Assembly: GCA_016933575.1 (NCBI GenBank)
Contig: JAFGAR010000026.1
Span: forward strand, 1 to 19,993
DNA from: Candidatus Thorarchaeota archaeon
GTDB taxonomy: Archaea > Asgardarchaeota > Thorarchaeia > Thorarchaeales > Thorarchaeaceae
Length of the DNA: 19,993 nucleotides
Reading direction: 5' to 3'
Shown: positions 17,380-19,993 of the stretch, in pieces
How the letters are laid out: every line of letters begins with the position of its first letter
Numbering within the stretch: position 1 is the stretch's first letter
Program-made: the position numbers and the translations under genes
Notes under the pieces: generated by a model
Told to the model about the DNA's origin: nothing
The model's database searches: none
Seen by the model: the letters and a program-made list of their open reading frames with translations, nothing else

Positions 17380-18765
17380 CTACCAGCGGAACTTTAGCTT
17401 GAACCCATCACGGCGCGGAAATTGGATTGCGAGTTTATCCAGCGCTGCTACTGCTTCGGGCGTCTTTATGCCTAATATCATCTCTAGATAGGCTTCTTCA
17501 CCCTTCTTTCTGCGATAGACCTTTGAGAAGATTGGTTCTATGAGCTTGGCTGCTTTGATGAGTTCCTCTTCAGAGGTTGCGTCGAACTTTGTTGTGTAAA
17601 TCTCAACAGAGTGCGAATCGAGCAACAATCCCATCTCCTTGAGGGTTTCTATATGCGACTCGTTCAGCTTGCAGCTGCTCTGCAGATACATACTGCCTGC
17701 CACATCGACCTGCAGCTTCTTACCCTTCTCAATCCTCATGAACTTCGCCCAACCGCAGCTCACAACCATTGCATGATTGCTACTACCACCGTACTTCACA
17801 AGTACCTTCAAAGCTTCCAAGAATATCTCATCCAAATTCCGATGCTCAATTCCTGATCCGGATTTTTGTTCCGTTCCTTCCGACAGACTCACTTTTTGAG
17901 CCCTATCCTTAGAGCGAAGAACCGAATCTACCAGACTCTGACTGACTTTATCATCATCTACACCATGGCGAATCGTACGCCGAGCCTCAGTCTGTATCCT
18001 AGCGAGTAATTCGGGGTGCTCAAGAAACAGTTGACGGGCTTCTTCTACTTCTGGAACTTGCTCCACATACTTCGTTCCTTTCTCTGAAACTACTGAATAG
18101 AAGCTCTCGGTCTTTTCTAAAAATCCAATCCCCGTGAATTGGGTCTGGCCATTTCTTGGAAACTTCGTGGACGCGGCATCTTTAAAGTGCACTTCAAATC
18201 CAAGAAGCTTCTGACTGAAATTGAATACGATCTCATTCAAGTAGTTAGGGGAATCCTTGGAGAAGTAACCGAAGTCGAAATCATGCACACCGAGCCCTGT
18301 AAGGAAGGTCTCAGAAATGGATGAACCTTGTTGAATGATTCTGCGTGAAAGCGCAGTAGCACTCACAATGAACTTCTGTGGAACATCTAAGAGCTGTAGT
18401 CTGATACGGTTATTCCCGAAATCGGTGACCTTCACTGCTCCATCAGCTTTAATCTCAGGAGCACACAGACTCTGACTGAGCATGATGTAATTGGGATCCA
18501 TTGGTGGCCAGAGGATATTGACCTTTTCAGCTGGAAAGAGTGATAGTATACCTGGGTTTTGCATCATCCCAGCATGGGGCTGAGTGATGACAGGATGCGC
18601 AACAAGCGAATATTTCCCTGTGAATGATTTTCTAGTCTTTTCAAGTTGTATTTTAATGTCGAAAGGAATGATATAATGAATATGCGTTCCAAAATCACTA
18701 CTCCCCGTGACCGAAAAGATACCTTCGATGAACCCTTTGAAGAGTTCTCGACCTTCTTTGGACAT
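17380..18765 (-). CDS. Hypothetical protein: beta-rich N-terminal domain + C-terminal T3SS-chaperone/YbjN-like (TY-Chap-like) domain
   Basis: 461-aa ORF with a GGAGGGG SD and a 3-nt gap to the upstream gene. The C-terminal pattern WAKF..LQVDVAGSMYL..KLNESHIETLKEMGL..IY..F..ELIKAAKLIEPIFSKVY resembles the TY-Chap pattern (YVQF..EAVSN.YL..L..EQ...L..LGW..NF...A.L....L..VY) as recalled. The CDS is solid; the domain call is tentative. Confidence 0.75.
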   Translation of the reverse strand: MSKEGRELFKGFIEGIFSVTGSSDFGTHIHYIIPFDIKIQLEKTRKSFTGKYSLVAHPVITQPHAGMMQNPGILSLFPAEKVNILWPPMDPNYIMLSQSLCAPEIKADGAVKVTDFGNNRIRLQLLDVPQKFIVSATALSRRIIQQGSSISETFLTGLGVHDFDFGYFSKDSPNYLNEIVFNFSQKLLGFEVHFKDAASTKFPRNGQTQFTGIGFLEKTESFYSVVSEKGTKYVEQVPEVEEARQLFLEHPELLARIQTEARRTIRHGVDDDKVSQSLVDSVLRSKDRAQKVSLSEGTEQKSGSGIEHRNLDEIFLEALKVLVKYGGSSNHAMVVSCGWAKFMRIEKGKKLQVDVAGSMYLQSSCKLNESHIETLKEMGLLLDSHSVEIYTTKFDATSEEELIKAAKLIEPIFSKVYRRKKGEEAYLEMILGIKTPEAVAALDKLAIQFPRRDGFKLKFRW

Positions 18766-18768
18766 CCT

Positions 18769-19449
18769 TCAGAGTTCCCCTCCCAGTTTGTCAAAGAGTG
18801 TAACCATATCCTTTGAAAGCCCATCCATCCTCAAGTAATCGCCTTCTACCATAGTAAAGAGTCTCTGGATTTGTTTTCTCAATTCGTCTGCTTTCTTTGA
18901 AAGATTCTCACCAGCAGACAGACTCGTATTCAACGACTTCTGCAGGTTTTCTGTTCTCTTCTTCATCTCCTGACTGAGCCCTGTTTCAGAGATTCCTTCA
19001 GTAGTGGTTTTTGTAGCCCACTGTACGTAGTTACTCAATTCTTCACCAAGACCATATTTCTGTAAATTGAGAAAGGCACAAACTTGGTCCAAGCTACTCT
19101 TTTGGAATTCGATATATTTACCCCACAGTCTCAAGATTTCAGTCAGTGACGCTTGGTATTGGTCTTGAATCCGTGTTTCAAATGCGTCAACCTTCCCGGA
19201 AGTGGATTTTTCATCTGTCTCGAGTGTTTTGGAATGATCTTCGTCTTTCCTTGGGGCTGAACTCTCTTTTGGTGGTGTTGCTTTGATCGTTGAAGAGGGG
19301 GGAGGTTTTATTCCTGCCTTGATTAACTGAATCTCTTGCATAATCACAAGAAATGATTGTTTAGCCAAGTCTGAATCTGGATCAAGGCCAGCTGCCTCCA
19401 ACATGCTTCGTTTTATCATATATTCAGGATCTTCTTTATTCTCCGACGT
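18769..19449 (-). CDS. Hypothetical protein: short helical N-terminus, Pro/Ser/Lys-rich linker, C-terminal helical bundle/coiled coil
   Basis: Long ORF coupled to the downstream gene, with linker KPPPSSTIKATPPKESSAPRK and a heptad-like C-terminus. Start uncertain: ATG 19509, ACG 19449 (8 nt after AGGAG) or ATG 19419. Confidence 0.75.
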   Translation of the reverse strand, partial: TSENKEDPEYMIKRSMLEAAGLDPDSDLAKQSFLVIMQEIQLIKAGIKPPPSSTIKATPPKESSAPRKDEDHSKTLETDEKSTSGKVDAFETRIQDQYQASLTEILRLWGKYIEFQKSSLDQVCAFLNLQKYGLGEELSNYVQWATKTTTEGISETGLSQEMKKRTENLQKSLNTSLSAGENLSKKADELRKQIQRLFTMVEGDYLRMDGLSKDMVTLFDKLGGEL

Positions 19450-19577
19450 GTTTCTATCTCCTAACCAATGTCGTTTCTTCAGAATGCAATAGGTCACGCG
19501 AGATATCATCCACAGATAAACTATGGTAGGATATTCTTTGAATGTGTAGTTATTCTCATAGGAGCATCCAAGGCCTC

Positions 19578-19799
19578 TTATTCAGTAACCTTGATAATTG
19601 TCTGAACCCGTCCCACCTGACCAGTCTGCAAGCGAACCTTAATGCCATGTGGATGAATGGAAGAATTTGTGAGGATATCTTGTACAATCCCACGGGTGAG
19701 CTTTCCTGTTCGCTGATCCATCTTTTGGACAATATCAACAGTATCACCTTGATGGATATTCTTGCGACTTGAGCCTGCTCTTGGTTTAGTCTCGTTCAT
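19578..19799 (-). CDS. ywbE: YwbE family (DUF2196) protein
   Basis: Family signature VDIVQKMDQRTGKLTRGIVQDILTNSSIHPHGIKVRLQTGQVGRVQTI. ATG 19799 lies 26 nt downstream of TATATAA. Confidence 0.92.
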   Translation of the reverse strand: MNETKPRAGSSRKNIHQGDTVDIVQKMDQRTGKLTRGIVQDILTNSSIHPHGIKVRLQTGQVGRVQTIIKVTE

Positions 19800-19825
19800 T
19801 CTAATGCGATTGAATTCTGTTATGA

Positions 19826-19832
19826 TTATATA
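19826..19832. promoter_or_regulatory. TATA box (usable in both orientations)
   Basis: TTATATA on +, TATATAA on -. Correct archaeal spacing to the ywbE ATG and also to the start of the GC-rich structured segment on +. Confidence 0.55.
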
Positions 19833-19850
19833 CCTGTTCACGCCTGCAAA

Positions 19851-19993
19851 GAGCACACTCTCTGTGTGACGATTGGTCTCCACAAAGGAAGACTCAGAGT
19901 CTTGATACCGTTCATTGTAAGGTGTACGATCTTGGACACCAGAGTGTTGTACCCCCAGGGAACGGCACTGGGTGGACTCTGTGAGGTCAGAGC
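19851..19993 (+). ncRNA. Putative structured RNA (5' part, runs off window), family unidentified
   Basis: About 52% GC (75/143) versus AT-rich intergenic DNA elsewhere. Nested stems contain G-U pairs that only work on the + strand (see findings). Confidence 0.3.

Noticed and set aside
19875-19917. Minus-strand AUGA..AA..GA as a eukaryote-like SECIS
   Set aside because: AA spacing is off and no convincing helix II pairing was found.
19800-19993. Open frame continuing upstream of ywbE to the window end (possible fusion)
   Set aside because: The YwbE domain is complete from ATG 19799 with a properly spaced TATA, and the extension is not protein-like.
19885-19993. RNase P RNA or cobalamin riboswitch identity for the terminal structured region
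   Set aside because: AAGGAAGACUC only loosely resembles the P4 motif and no ACAGAAA-type element follows. The GGGAA/CACUG/GUCAG fragments lack the cobalamin core arrangement.
1-19993. CRISPR array, tRNA/rRNA, transposase, integrase or DGR template/variable repeats
   Set aside because: No regularly spaced direct repeats, cloverleafs, rRNA signatures or such protein motifs were recognised by eye. A self-dotplot and cmscan would be needed to exclude subtle cases.

Overview
Gene-dense archaeal window, most likely from an Asgard archaeon of the Thorarchaeota type. This is an inference from TATA-box promoters with short or absent leaders, GGAGG/GGTG Shine-Dalgarno sites and the protein families present; it is not a database result. 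The window carries: four secreted or membrane-anchored repeat proteins (SBBP beta-propeller, TolB-like beta-propeller, right-handed beta-helix, single LVIVD blade); two winged-helix regulators plus a regulator remnant; a closely spaced TPR + HEAT alpha-solenoid gene pair; several accessory enzymes (4-oxalocrotonate tautomerase family, MBL-fold hydrolase, CPBP protease, SAM methyltransferase, S9 peptidase); a YwbE-family gene; and an unannotated two-gene operon (helical-bundle protein + protein with a T3SS-chaperone/YbjN-like C-terminal domain). Features missed by the ORF track: the partial SBBP gene at the left edge, a membrane-protein gene split by a 1-nt frameshift in an A6 run, a 40-aa basic ORF with an NLS-like KKKRK motif divergent from the TPR-HEAT pair, an ACG codon sitting where a start codon is expected, several operator-like palindromes, and a GC-rich, multi-hairpin putative structured RNA at the right edge. 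No rRNA, tRNA, CRISPR array or transposase was recognised.
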